A DNA stretch of 64,000 nucleotides from the human T2T-CHM13v2.0 reference genome, Homo sapiens (GCF_009914755.1 NC_060929.1); one strand, 5' to 3'; positions 26,201 to 42,355 are shown, numbered from the stretch's first letter. The notes: a model not told the origin generated them from the letters alone. Translations and numbers: made by a program.

Positions 26201-27549
26201 AAAAAGAAGAGAATTTCTTCAAAAAGAAATTTACTTATGAGAATATAACACATCAGAAAACATAAAAAACATTTGCAGGTTAAGATGTTAAGACATAAAA
26301 TTAATAGACATTACATGGTATAAACGATAGATAATACATAAATATTTAGAAGGTTTTGGTAATATCTTCTATTTTCACAACCTCAATAATAATGAAGTTA
26401 TCCTTCATGCCTAGGCTTATCTTTCTTATTCTAACCTTTACATTGATAGAAAATGTATTAGGTAAAAGTCTTATGAATAATTTGAAAAATAAAGAAATAG
26501 TTATTTAAGGTACCTCAAAATTTCAAATAGACTATTCAAAAGAAGGATTTGAAAATGTCTTTACATTCACTGAAGACTGTGGGGATGAGAGTCAATTTAG
26601 GTCAGATGCTTCCTGAGAATGGATCGTTTTATTTTTATCTACACATTATTCTTTCCTAATGGCTGGCAAACAGATGAACATAACACATTATTAATGCAGC
26701 TGTCTGAGTAAAATTTATGTTCTTATTTTCTTGTCTGTTCAACTCTAAGCTGACTGTATGTTGTGTGTGGGGGAGAATGCTCATAACTTTCTAATCCGGT
26801 AATAGTAAGATCCTATGCTACACTCTGAGTTTATAGCTACTATTATTGCTGGAGGAGAAACGTGGATGTTTTGAAATGGTTGAACGATTCAGGCTCCTGC
26901 TTCATCAGAGATAAAAGAAGCAAGCCAACTGGTCAAGTAGGGACTTATCACAGTGTAAATCTCTGGGGGATAGCTAACTCAGCTCAATTAATAATCAAAC
27001 TCTTTTCTTTTACATATTGCTAAGAAACCACAGACGGTAGAAAGTTTGGATTTTTTCCCAGAAATCAGTCTGAGAGCAAAGGCAGAAGAGGCAACTGTGG
27101 TTTTTGTTCTACTTTTTAGCACAACCATCTCGTTTTTATAAATAATGAAGTACTGAGCCGAGTCAGAAAATCCTGTGCTATTTAAATCATTTACCAATGA
27201 TTCACAAATGCTTGCTGAGGGATTTTTCTTTTTTCTTTTTTTTTTTAACCAAACCTGGCCACTGTCCATAACCCAGAGGAAATAGTTAGAGAGGCTGTTT
27301 CCTTTCCCTGTCTAAAAGAGGTTGAAAAAGTAAGGAGAGTTTCAGAAATGTTTTGATGTAGCAAGAATCAACCAACTTAGCAGGTATACTGTATCTGCAA
27401 AGATGATACTCCCCCAGCTAAGTCCAAGTCTTTCCATTTTTTCGCTATAGCCACAGAATTACACAAAACTTGGAAAAAGAGAGTCAATTTGTTTTTAGGT
27501 ATTCCAAAGCTGCATAAGCATTCATCTAGAGTTAGAAATAGTAACAGTG

Positions 27550-27829
27550 CAAGGACAAAAAAAACAAACTCCGCATGTTCTCACTCATAGGTGGGAATTG
27601 AACAATGAGAACACATGGACACAGGAAGGGGAACACCACACACCGGGGACTGTTGTGGGGTGGGGGGAGGCGGGAGGGATAGCATTAGGAGATACACCTA
27701 ATGCTAAATGATGAGTTAATGGGTGCAGCACACCAACATGGCACATGTATATATATGTAACAAACCTGCACGTTGTGCACATGTACCCTAAAGCTTAAAG
27801 TATAATAATAATAAAATAAAATAATAAAA
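27550..27829 (+). mobile_element. 5'-truncated L1PA4-like 3' end with a perfect 16-bp TSD
   Basis: L1PA 3' UTR (catgttctcactcataggtgggaattgaac...cttaaagtataataat) and A-rich tail; TSD AGAAATAGTAACAGTG at 27534-27549 and 27830-27845. Confidence 0.95.
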
Positions 27830-28217
27830 AGAAATAGTAACAGTGGACTGTATAGACGCTCTTTTCTTTCTTGACAATATTTCAATAAAGCCTTTTATGT
27901 CTGGTCACTTAGGACTTATCATTGCTTGCATATTTCTGTAGGGATGTCTCAAAGCACTTTCCATAAGGGGTATCACATTAAAAGAGCCACCATTCTAGAG
28001 ATTTTTTTCTCCTGGAAAAAAAGAGACTGCAACAAGGCTGTGAAATAATATTACAGACAGATAATACCTCGATATGGCAGCTAAACTGATTTAAGAATGG
28101 GCATTTATTGAAAAAAAAAATAAGTTTAACTTTGCCTACTAATTTTAAAAGATTACAAGTTTTTGTTTTCCATGAGAGGAAAGGGAGCACTTAGATGCAT
28201 AATATTTCTTGCATACA

Positions 28218-30560
28218 CAGGCATACGTCATTTTATTGTACTTTGTTTTATTGCACTTTGTAGACACTGCATTTTTTTTTACAAAAAGAAGGTTTGTGGC
28301 AAAGCTACCTAGAGCAAATCTATCTGCACCATGTTTTTCATCAACGTGTTCACTTTGTGTCTCTGAGTCGCATTTTGGCAATTCTCACAATATGTTAGAC
28401 TTTTTCATTATTATGATATCTCTTACAGTGATCTGTGTTCGGTGATCTTTGACACTACTATTGCAAAGGTTTGAGATGCCACGAGCTGTGTCCATATAAG
28501 ACAGCAAACTGAATTGATAAATGTTGTATGTGTTCTGACAGCTCCACCAACCAGCTATTCCCTCATTTCTGTCCGTCTCAGGCCTTTCTAATTCCAGAGA
28601 CAGAACAACAGTAAAATTATGTCACTTAATAGCATTTCAATGGACTCTAGGCATTCACGTGAAAGAAAGAGTTGCACATCTCCAACTTTAAATAGAAAGC
28701 TAAAAATGATTAAGACTAATCAGGAAGGCCTGTCAAAAGCAAAACTCACTTGAAAGTTAGACCTCTTGTGTCAGATAACCAAGTTGTGAATGCAAAGGAC
28801 AAGTTTCTGAAGAAAATTCAGTGTTACTCCAGTGAACACACGAATGACAAATGAAACAAACTTATTGCTGATATGGAAAAGTTTAGTCTGGATAGATCAA
28901 ATCGACTACAACGTTCTCTGAAACCAAAGTCTCATCCGAAGCAAGACCCTAACTTCTTCAATTTTATGAAGGCTGAGAGAGTGTAGAAGATGCAGAAGAA
29001 AAGTTAGAAGCTAGCAGAGGTTACTTCATAAGGTTTAAGGAAAGAAGCTGTCTCCATAACATGAAAGTGCAAGGTAAAGCAGCAAGTGCTGATGTAGCTT
29101 CTATAGCACATTATCAAGAAGATGTAGCTAAGAACATTGATAAAGTTGGCTCCACTAAACAATGGATTTTCAACGGAGGAAGTCTTCTATGATAAAATGA
29201 TGTAATCTAGGAATTTCATAAGTAGGGAGAAGTCAGTGTTTGGCTTCAAAGCTTCAAATGTCAGACTGGCTAGCTTCCTAGGGGCTAATGCAGCTAATCA
29301 GTATAGGTTGAAGCCAATTCTCATTTATCATTCCAAAAATCCTAGGAGCCTTAAGAATTATAATAAATCTGCTCTGCTTGTGCCTGATAAGTGAAACAAC
29401 AAAGCCTGGAAAACAGTATATTTGTTTACAGCATGGTTTAGTGAATATTTTGAGCTCATTGTTGAAACCTACTGCTTAGAAAAAAAGATTTCTTTCAAAA
29501 TATTACTGCTCATTGGCAATGCACCTAGTAACCCAAGACAAGAAGTCTGATGGAGATGTCATTAATGTTGTTTTCATGCCTGCTAACCTCACATCCATTC
29601 TGCAGCCCATGTGTCAAGGAGTAATGTCAACTTTTATGTCTTATTATTTAAAAATATATTTTGTGTGTCCATGGCTGCCACAGATCACTATTCCTCTGAT
29701 GGATTTGGGCAAAGTAAATTGAAAACCTTCTAAAAAGGATTCATCATTCTAGATGTCATTAAGAACATTCAAGATTCACGGTGGGAGGTCAAAATAACAT
29801 GAATAGCAGTTTAGAAGTTGATTCCAGCTCTCATAAATGCCCTTCGGGGACTCAAGACTTCAGTGGAGAAAGGAACTGTATATGGGTTGGAAATAGCAAG
29901 AGATGTGGAATTAGAAGTGGAACCTTAAGATGTGACTGAATCGATGCAATCTCATGATAACACTTCAATAATTAAAGAGCTGCTTTTTATGGATGAGCAA
30001 AGAAAGTGGTTTGTCAAGGTGGAATCCACTCCTGGTGAAGATGCAGTGAACACTGTTGACATGACAACAAAGTATTTAAAATAATACATAAACTTAGCTG
30101 ATAAAGCAACTTCAGTGGTTGGAAGGACTGACCCCTATTTTGAAAGTACTATTGTGGGTAAAATGGTATCCAACAGTATTTTTTTGCTACAGAGAAACCT
30201 TTTGTGAAAGAGTCAAAAAATGTGAATGCTTCATTTTGTCTAATTTTAAGAAATTGCCACAGGCACCCCAACCTTCAGCAACTACCACCATGATTAGTCA
30301 GCAGCCATCAACCTTGAGGCAGGAGCCTCCACCAGCAAAAAGATTATGACTCACAGCAGGTTCAGATAATCATTAGCATTTTTTAGCTATAAGCTCTTTA
30401 ATTAAGTGATGTATGATTTTTTAGACATAATGCTACTGCACACTTAATAGGCTATAGTATAGTATAAACATAACTTTTATCTGCACTAAGAAGCCGCAAC
30501 AATTGTGACTTGTTTTATTTCAATATTCACTTTATTGCAATGGTCTGAAACACAGGCCTG
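28218..30560 (+). mobile_element. Near full-length Tigger1 (pogo-like) with a disrupted transposase
   Basis: Starts caggcatac and ends gcctg|ta; about 2.34 kb; remnant peptide [30 protein letters not shown] and VVFMPANLTSILQPMCQGV; multiple stops. Confidence 0.95.
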
Positions 30561-30569
30561 TACCTTGTG

Positions 30570-30960
30570 AAACAGATGGTGCTGGTACCCTGCTCATATC
30601 TCCTTGCATACTCTCAAATATCAAACAGAGACAATAGCCTGTTCTCTGGATTCAAAAGCAATCTCGTTAGTGAAACAGGTCAGACATACCAAAAAGCTAT
30701 GCCACAAAACAACCCTCACACAGTGAGGGATGTAAGCCTTGCATGTCAGTTGGTCATCCCCAATTGAGACAGTTTGGAGGTACTTTTCATATATTTTATG
30801 TATGAAAGATTGACTGTCAGCTGCTCACTCAATAACACACTCTTCATTCATTTTGCTGCCACTCTCCTACAGCACTTCCTGAGAGCACATCCCAAATAAA
30901 TTACTCAGATCAAAATCATTGTATCAGACTCTAACTTTGGGAGAACTCAAACCAAAATAC
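30570..30960 (+). mobile_element. LTR16/LTR33-like ERVL LTR fragment
   Basis: cacatcccaaataaattact...tgtatcagactctaactttgggagaactcaaaccaaaatac resembles an ERVL LTR 3' end. Confidence 0.55.
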
Positions 30961-32999
30961 CACTGATAATTGCTAAGCATAACCAATGATTTTATATTTC
31001 TAAGATAACATTCTGGTGCAGTCTAACTGACATTAAAAAAACTTTGGAAATATTTTTTAAATAATACTTGCTTAGACAAAAACTTACTTGAGGTACATTC
31101 AGTTGTTGTCTTTGGCTGAGACTTACATAAGACAATATTTACCTAGAAAGTAAATCTTTGTGTCCAAGAACAATCTACAACAGTCCATGATCTTCTCTTA
31201 TGATCTTGCTGTTGTTGTTTTTCTTTACATTTCTGTTGTTTCTCTAATTTTATCTTTGCATAGTGATAGAAAGAGACAGGTAAGAAATTCCAGGAAGGAG
31301 CATCTGAACAGACAGGGAAGTGCCAATCAGCATGAAAAAATATAAGTGAGGTAAGATTACTACCAGTAAAGATGTGAGTTACTAAGATAACATTTATAAG
31401 CACTCCTAATCCATGTTAGAAAATAAAATTCCAATATAAGAGGCATCAGTTCAAAGATAACAGAAACACTAGGAAATAAGGAGAAAAGCAACCCAAGGCT
31501 TACCGGTAAAAATTTCCTCAACTCCTTGATACCCATGATAGAATATGTTTGGCTTTCATGATTCAATGTCATGATTTAATTATGTAGGTTTGAAGTTTGA
31601 TATTATAGGGATCTTAATACAAATGTAAAATGTGAGTGTAGATCAGCAGTTAAGAATTGCATACATTAGAGTGTACCCCAAAAGTATAGTTTATCTCTTT
31701 GTAGTAGTTGAGCAAATTGTTTAACATGATGTCTGACACAACAGAGTAACAATGGTACCAATCAAAACTTGCTCTTATCACCTGCTTTGCCAAATTTATT
31801 TTTGTTGCATTTCTAGGAAACTGGCTGGCAATAGAAGGAGGAAAAGAAAATGTAATCAAAGATGCAAATCCTGAAATTATTTTACAATCTAAAAAGAACA
31901 ATGTTTGATAATTCCCCAAAATCAGTATCCAACTTTGCAAAACTCTCCTTTCCCGATATACAACAAAGAACATATCCCATCACCATAATTAGATTGCAAG
32001 GCACTTGCTAATTCTGCACTTGCCATAACATGACTAGGAATAAAAAGCTGAAGAGTGTCAGTGGTTGTAGTATTTCTTGAACCATCTGTGCTGCCAAATA
32101 GTGTAAAAAATTAGATCTGTTCACTACACACAAAGATCATGGCTTCATTCTGAGAAAAGCAGTTTCTTAATGGATTTTTTTAAATCTCCACTTCCAGCTT
32201 TTGGAAAACTTAACAATAAAAATATTGAAAAGCAAGCAATATAAAAAATATTGTTTTAAAATAATGTAGCACTTTTAGTATTGTTTCAGATTTCTTCACA
32301 TATCAAACATCCAATTGGAAAGAAGAGGATTTTGTTACTTTATAAAATGAGTTACAGTGATTCACAGGGTATTTAAATCATCTATATACAGATTGGAAGA
32401 TTTATTTCTCACTTTGCATTATCACAAGTATCTATTCCTTTTACAGCTTTTCTAACAGCCTCTGCAAAATTCCTTGCAAAATCTTCAAGATGGTTCAGGA
32501 TGGAGAATATAGACATCCAAATTTTCTTCCTGCCAAATTTCTGAGATCTTAGAGAGTCTCCATTCTGGGCATAAAACCCTTCCTCAGTGTCATATACTAC
32601 CAGAATTTCAAGAAATTGAAAATTTATATTGTTTCACCCAAATTTGGAATAAGCTAAATATCAAAGTTGCATCTGTCCCACAAAATGTCTGAAATTACAG
32701 AGATGGGAGCCAGGTGATTTTTATAATCCATCATTCTGATGTGAAAAATATGATGATGTTACCTCTCAGTTAAAATTTTCATTTATTCCCCTTTATTCTC
32801 AGAATAAAGATAAAGCATTTTACATGGCTGGCTGTCGATGTTCTCCCACCTTCTGCTAACACTGGGCTAGCTCTAACTCATCCTTTAGTACTCCAGCTAA
32901 AATAGCTCTTCCTATGAGAATTTCGAAATGTATTAGCTATCCCCTGCTATGGTGAATTCATCTTCGAGTCATCTATGTCCTCCCCTTCTTTTATATCTA

Positions 33000-33735
33000 A
33001 AATATCTATAGTGCTTTTAATCCTAACTTTTAAATATATGCATCCATTTTTCCATCTCCTTACTCCAAGCCACTATCAAGTACCACCAGCACTACTTCAA
33101 CAGACTTTCTATTTCCCCTCTTTGCAGTTCTATAGCCCATTCTCCATATAAGCAGAGAGTAAGCTTTAAAATATGAGTTCAGACCATACGTTTTGCTCCA
33201 CATCACCCTCTAACAGCTTCCTACTGAAATTTAAAAAAAGAAATGAAAAAGAAGACAAACTCCTTACTGTAGTCTACCACATACACGTGATCGAGGAGTC
33301 ATTACATACATCTCCCACTTGCTCATTGTACTTTAATCACAATATCCTATTCCTACTCACTAAACACCCTAAACTCATTTTTCCCATGAAGACTTTCCCT
33401 AAATTTTCCTCTGAATGAAATGCTATTTCCCCAGGTCTTTCATTGGTTGGCTCCTTTACGTTATTAAGGTTTACCTCAATTGTTACCTTTCCAGAAAGTT
33501 ATCAGATTTCACCATCTAGCTCAACGATTCAGTATTGTTCAATCACTTTACACACATTACTTACATTGCTTCACAACGCCTGATAAGTTACAAAATCATT
33601 CATGGGACAATTATCCATAGTGGCCCTGCTGATCTTGTGATGAACATCAAGATCTAATCTTGACACATAGATCAGGTTTGGCATGTAGTAGCTTTCAGTA
33701 AATATTCGTTAAATGAATAAATTAATGAATTGGAG
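33000..33735 (+). mobile_element. L2 3' portion
   Basis: cccattctccatataagcagagag...tttggcatgtagtagctttcagtaaatattcgttaaatgaataaattaatgaat. Confidence 0.75.
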
Positions 33736-34435
33736 AATTAATGGCATTTACTATAATTTTTTAGTACACTCATGACTAACACAGTTACTAACGTTAATAG
33801 GTACTTAATGAATAAAGTTTGAATGAAAATATTTGATTTTACTGAGTTTATTTATGTGTTTGCAAGGATTTCAGAAGCTATTTCCCCTTCATTAATAGTA
33901 GATTTTTAAACGTGTCTCATTTGTACACCAATATACAAAATGGAACAAAATATATGTCAAAAGGAGATGGCCCCCTGATCGGTCCCATATCCATCACAGA
34001 ATTTATAATGACTAAGAATGTGTTGCTAGTCAAGGCAAGCCTGTATGTATTCAAAATTTTTATACAAAAGCAAAAGGATATTTATCTATGAAGAACAGAA
34101 AGTTTAGAAAAATTTTTAAAATAAGTAATCTAAGGAAGAGCCAAATGATAAAGCAGACAGTTGTTATTAAAGAATAAATTGGTGAAGAAGAAGAGAGAGC
34201 CAGAGGGAACTTGAGTAAAAATGTGGTTTTTCAATATACTATTATTTATATTAAAAATTAAGCACCTACAGGGAAATTGTGGTGAATGACAAGGTAAATA
34301 TAATTCAAGGAAATTATAGCAAATATAAAGGGAAAGAAAAAAGCAATGGCTGAGGTTTACCTTCTAAATTCAAAACAGTGGCCCTCCTCATGAGAGGCAT
34401 GAGATTGGATAACGGTAAAGTCAGAGGTATCCATG

Positions 34436-34726
<291 letters not shown>

Positions 34727-37082
34727 GTATTTTTAATGTTTTACATGAAAAATTTTTTCATGTATTACATGTGTAATTTTCCAAATGAAATATTGAGAGA
34801 GATGTGTACGTTCAGGTCTACAAATCTGGTAAGGAAATTTGAAAAATGTATAAATGGGACCTGAAAGTCCCCTGACACTGCAATAGCTATTTATTTTTCT
34901 TTTTTGTCAGAACATGTGAGATTTATAGATTATGATTCTTGCTTTTAACCAAAGGAAGCCAAAGTCAATGCCACCATTTTCTTTTAAGGCTGGCCACATA
35001 CTACAATTGGAAAAATATACATAAAGGGTAAGCAATGCTCATGATTAAAGTTACTTTTTTGGAAATTCTTCTGAAATTTTTTCAATTGCTCGGCCTCCCT
35101 AATCTATTTAGAAGGATACTTACAGATTATTTCTTGTCTAATGGAACTCTGCCACAGAGAGGGTTTAATGGATTCAGATCACAGTGAGTGGAGACTATGG
35201 TCAGCCACCATCCTTGATCCAGGGAAAGTTTGTAACAGAGTGTTAGGAGACTTCCATCATTTGTTGAGTCATTAAATTGTTCTCACAGGTGTTATGATCC
35301 ATGGGGAAAAATCCCTGTGTTTCTACTTCATTAACAAGCAAGTCAGCAAATGAAGCAAAGATTTTAGCCAGCAGTACATGAGGATACTCAATTTAAGACT
35401 TCTTTTCAAAGCCAGGACTTATAAAGAGGCTAAAGAGCTACTAGTTTAGTAGCTGCATTTTCATGTAAGAAGAAGCAAATGCAAATTCTTTCCAAAGGGA
35501 AGCATTCTCAATTTGTATACCCAAAATTCCCACAAATTAAGGAGAAAATCAGACTAAAATCAAAAGCAAAATCATTGTTTTTATAGTATAGAAAAGATTA
35601 AAACTTTAAGTAAGCAAGAAGATAATATGAAATTCACTGTTAATCTCACTGTTCCAAGATTATTCACACCTTTATTTATGGCTTATCCCTTTACAATTTT
35701 TCTATGATTATGTACATGCATATCTTTTATTTACAAATATGAGGGGTACTAATAAATGTACTAATTTTCTTTGTTGTTAAAAAAATTTTAGCAGGAAGAA
35801 TATGAAATGATTCTATTTTTTCCACACAAAGCCACATCTGCAGAGATAAGGGACATACTGACTGAAATAACAATCCTATAGGGATTTAAGCTGTATGTTT
35901 AGAGGGTCATTCATAAACTGTAATTGTTACTTAAATATATAGGAATTCTTTTTTAATTTTTTTACTATTTAAATTTTTGTGGCTACACAATAAGTGTATG
36001 TATTTATGGAGTACATGAAATCTTTTGGTACAGGCATGCATTGTGAAATGAGTGCATCCTGGAGAATGGGGTATCCATCCCCTCAGGCATTTATCCTTTG
36101 AGTTACAAATAATCCAATTACAGTTTTTCAGTTATTTTAAAATGTACAATTAAGTTACTGTTGACTATAGTCATGCTATTATACTGTTAAATAATAGGCC
36201 TGATTTATTTTTTATATATTTTTTATCCAATAACAAACCTGCATCCACCCCCTATGACCCTTCCCAGCCTCTGGTAACCATCCCTCTACTCTCTATGTCC
36301 ATGAGTTTAATTGTTTTCATTTTTAGGTCCCACAAATAACTCAGAACATGTAATTTTTTTTTTCTTTCTGTGCCTGGCTTATTCCACTTAACATAATGAT
36401 CCCCAGTTCCATCCATGTTGTTGCAAATGACTGGATCTCATTCTTTTTTAATGGCTGAATAGTACTCCATTGTGTATATGTACCACATTTTCTTTATGCA
36501 TGTATCTGTTGATAGACACATAGATTGTTTCCAAATGTTAGCTATTGTAAATAGTGCCACAGCAAACATAGGAATGCAGATAGCTCTTCGATATACCAAT
36601 TTCCTTTTTTAGGGGTATTACCCGGTATTGGGATTACTGGATCATTTCATAGCAAACTTTCACTTTTTTGAGAAAACTTCAAACTGTTTTTCATAGTGGT
36701 TGCACTGATTTAGGTTCCTACCAACAGCGTACAAGGATTTCCTTTTCACCACATCCTCACCAGCATTTGTAATTGCTTGTTCATTGGATATAAGCCATTT
36801 TAACTGGGGTGAGATGATATCTCATTGTAGTTTTGATTTGCATTTTTCTGATGATGAGTGATATTGAGCACCTTTTCATATGCCTGTTTGCCATTTCTAT
36901 GTCTTCTTTTGAGAAATGCCTATTCAGATCTTTTGCCCATTTTTTGATTAGATTTTTAGATTTTTTTCCTGTAGAGGTGTTTGAGCTCCTCATATATTCT
37001 CATTAAACCCCTATCAGAGAAGTAGTTTGCAAATATTTTCACCCATACTGCAAATTGTCTCTTTATTTTGTTGATTGTATTC

Positions 37083-37641
37083 TTTTCTTATTTTATTATT
37101 ATTATATTTTAAGTTTTAGGGTACATGTGCACAATGTGCAGGTTAGTTACATATGTATACATGTGCCATGCTCGTGCGCTGCACCCATTAACTCATCATT
37201 TAGCATTAGGTATATCTCCTATGCTATCCCTCCCCCCTCCCCCCACCCCACAACAGTCCCCAGAGTGTGATGTTCCTCTTCCTGTGTCCATGTGTTCTCA
37301 TTGCTCAATTCCCACCTATGAGTGAGAATGTGCAGTGTTTGGTTTTTTGTTCTTGCGATAGTTTACTGAGAATGATGATTTCCAATTTCATCCATGTCCC
37401 TACAAAGGACATGAACTCATCATTTTTTATGGCTGCATAGTATTCCATGGTGTATTTGTGCCACATTTTCTTAATCCAGTCTATCATTGTTGGACATTTG
37501 GGTTGGTTCCAAGTCTTTGCTATTGTGAATAGTGCTTCAATAAACGTACGTGTGCATGTGTCTTTATAGCAGCATGATTTATAGTCCTTTGGGTATATAC
37601 CCAGTAATGGGATGGCTAGGTCAAATGGTATTTCTAGTTCT
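37083..37641 (-). mobile_element. L1PA3-like 3' fragment nested in L1MA
   Basis: ORF2 C-terminus ([29 protein letters not shown]...GGN) and an L1PA 3' UTR. Confidence 0.95.
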
Positions 37642-38007
37642 TGATGTGATTCCATTTGTCTATGTTTGTTTTGGTTGTCTGTGCTTATAGGGTATTGCTC
37701 AAGAAATCTTTGCCCAGACTAATATCCTGGAAATATTCCTGGAGGTTTTCTTGTATTAGTTTCATGGTTTAAGGTCTTAGATTTAAGTATTTAATCCATT
37801 TTTATTTGATTTTTGTGTATGGTGAATGATAGCCATCTAGTTTCATTCTTCTGCATATGGACATCCAGTTTTCCCAGAAACATTTATTGAAGATACTGTC
37901 TTTTCCCCAGTGTAAGTTATTGATACCTTTGTCAAAAATGAGTTCACTATAGGTGTGTGAATTTGTTTCTGGGTCCTCCATTCTGTTCCATTAATCTACC
38001 TATCTGT

Positions 38008-38309
<302 letters not shown>

Positions 38310-38588
38310 TATGTGTTTTAACTCCAGCACCATGCTGTTTTGGTTGCTATAGCTCTGTAGTATAATTTGAGTCAGGTAATATGATTCCTCCAGTATTATT
38401 CTTTTTACTTAGGATATCTTTTACTATTCTTGGTCTTTTGTGGTTCCATATAAATTTTAGGGTTTTTTTTTTTCTATTTCTGTGAAGAATGTCATCAGTA
38501 TTTTGATCAGAGTTGCACTGTATCTGTAGATTGTTTTGGGTATAGACAGTTTAACAATACTGATTCTTTCAAACCATGAACATGGAAT

Positions 38589-38590
<2 letters not shown>

Positions 38591-38630
<40 letters not shown>
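38591..38630. repeat. (TG)20 microsatellite
   Basis: Perfect TG run, counted directly. Confidence 0.97.
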
Positions 38631-38632
<2 letters not shown>

Positions 38633-39274
38633 CTTTTCGATTTCTTTCATGAGTATTTCATAGTTTTCATTATATTTCACTCCTTTGGTTAAGCTTATTC
38701 CTAGATATTTTATATTATGTGTAGCTTTTGTAACTAAGATTACTTTTTAAATTTCTTTTTCACAGTGTTCACTGTTGTCATATAGAAATGCTACTGATTT
38801 TGGTATGTTTACTTTGTATTCTGCAATTTTACTGAATATATTTATTGTTTAATAGTTTTTTGTGGAGTCTTTCGGTCTTTTCAAATATAAGATAATATCT
38901 TCTGCAAACAAGAATAATTTCACTTCTTTCTAATTTGGATGTCTTTAATATAGTTCCTTTGTCTGATTGTTCTTGACAGAACTTCCAGTACTATGTTGAA
39001 TAACAGTGGTGACAGGGGGCATTCTTGTTATGTTCCAGATCTTAGAGAAAGGGCTTTTAGTTTTTCATTATTCAGTATGATACTAGCTGTGGGTCTGACA
39101 TATATTCCTTTAATTATGTTGAGGTATGTTCCTTCTATCCTCAATTTTTTGAGGGTTTTTATCATGAAAGGATGTTGAATTTTATCAAAAGCTTTTTCAT
39201 CATCAACCGAAATCATAGGGTTTTTATCCTTTAATCTGTTGAGGTCCTTGGGGCTTTTCATTAGTGGGAGAATT

Positions 39275-40278
<1,004 letters not shown>

Positions 40279-42019
40279 TATTATTATGGCTTTGATCTCA
40301 TTATTTTTTACTGGACTGCTCAGATATTGGATTTCTTCCTGGTTCAATCTTGAGAGGTTGTATATCTCTAGAAATTTGTTCATTTCTTCCAGAGATTCCA
40401 ATTTAGTAGCATATAGTTGCTCACAGTAGCCATTAATGATCCTTCAAATTTCTGCAGTATCAGGTGTAATGTCTCCTTTTTCGTTTCTGATTTTATTTAT
40501 TTGGACCTTCTCTTTTTTTTCCTAGTCTGGTTAAAGGTTTGTCAACTTTAACTTTTCAAAAAAGAACTTTTTGTTTCATTGATCATTTCTATTGTTTTCT
40601 TCATTTCAATTCCATTTATTTCTGCTCTAATCTTTATTTCTTTTCTTCTACTAATTTTGGGTTAGGTTTCCTCTTGCTTTTCTAGTTCTTTAAGATGTAT
40701 CATTAGATTGGTCCTTTGAAGTGTTTTCTCTTTTTTGATGTATGCACTTACTGCTATAAACTTGACTCTTAGTACTGCTTTGGCTGTACCCCACAGTTTT
40801 GGTGTCATGTTTCCATTATGATTTGTTTCAAGAATTTTTTTTCAATTTATTTCTTAATTTCTTCACTACCTCACTGGTCATTCAGAAGCATAATGTTTAA
40901 TTTCAATATATTTGTATAGTTTCCAAAATTCCTCTTGTTATTAATTTCTAGTTTTATTTCATTGTGGTCAGAGAAGATGCTTATTTTATTTTTTAAATGT
41001 TTTAAGACTTTTTTTGTGACCTAACATATGGTCCATCCTTGAGAATAATTCATGTGCTGAGAAAAGAATGTGTATTCTGCAGCTCTTGGATGAAATGTTC
41101 TGTAAATATTTATTAGATTTATTTGGTCTATGATGCAGACTGTCTGATGTTTCTTTGTTGGTTTTCTGCCTGGAAGTTCTGTTCAATGCTGAAAGTGGGG
41201 TGTTAATATTGTACTGGGGCCTCTTGAGCTCTTATTATATTTCCTCTGTATATCTGAGTGCTCCAGTGTTGGGTGCATATATATTAAAATTATTACATCC
41301 TCTTCCTGAATTGACCCCTTTATCATTATATAGTGACTTTCTTTGCATCTTCTTATAGTTTTGGTCTTAAAACTGTTTTGTCTGATATAAGAATAGCAAC
41401 TCCTGCTCTTTTTCTTTTCTCTATTGGTGGGAATATCTTTTTCCATCACTTTATTTTCAGTCTGTGAGTGTCTCTATAGGTGAAGTGTGTTTCTTGTAGG
41501 CAACAGATTATTAGGTCTTGGTTTTTCATCCATTTTACCAATCTATGTCTTTTGATTGGAGAGTTTAGTCCATTTACATACAATGTTATTACTTATAAGA
41601 AAGGACTTACTCCTTCCATGTTGTTATTTCTTTTCTGGTTGTTTTGAGGTCTTCTCTTCTTTCTTTCTTTTATTTCTGTTCCTCTAGTGAAGGTGACTTT
41701 CTCTGGTAATATGATTTAGTTGCTTGCTTTCTATTTTTTGTGTGTTGATTTTATGTTGTTCAGTTTGAGATTACCATGAGGCTTGCAAAGGTTATCTTAT
41801 AATCCATTATTTTAGCAAGATAACAATTTAATAACCCATTATTTTAACCTGAAAACAACTCAATGCTATTTCATAAATAAACAAGCAAAAATAAAACTAA
41901 TAAAAACTCTATACTTCATCACCCTGCTTTTTAACTTTTTGTTATTTTTCTATTTATATCTTACTGTATGAACTATGTCCTGGAAAGTCATTGTAATTAA
42001 TATTTTTGATTAGTTCACT

Positions 42020-42355
42020 TTTCTTTTCTTTCTTTCTTTTTTTTATCGTATTTTTGTTTTATTTTCATTTTTTTGAGACATGGCCTCACTCTGTCACACA
42101 GGCTGGAGGACAGTGGCACAATCACAACTCACTGGAGCCTCTACCTCCTAGGCTCAAACAATCCTCCCAACTCAGCCCCCAAGTAGCTGGGACCCCAAAC
42201 ACACACCACCATGCCTGGATAATTTTTGTATTTTTTCTAGAGATGGGGTTTTGCCATGTTGCTCAGGCAGGTCTCAAACTCCTGGACACAAGTGATCCAG
42301 CCAACTTGGCCTCCCAGAGTGCTGGGATTACAGGCATCAGCCACTGAGCCTGGCC
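42020..42355 (-). mobile_element. AluJ (Jb-like)
   Basis: AluJ diagnostics: ggctcaaacaatcctccca, ttttgccatgttgctcagg, ctcctggacacaagtgatcc. Confidence 0.93.

Noticed and set aside
26830-27300. Unique, slightly GC-richer stretch as an exon or enhancer
   Set aside because: Translations are unrecognisable, there is no convincing splice pair, and an enhancer cannot be supported from sequence alone
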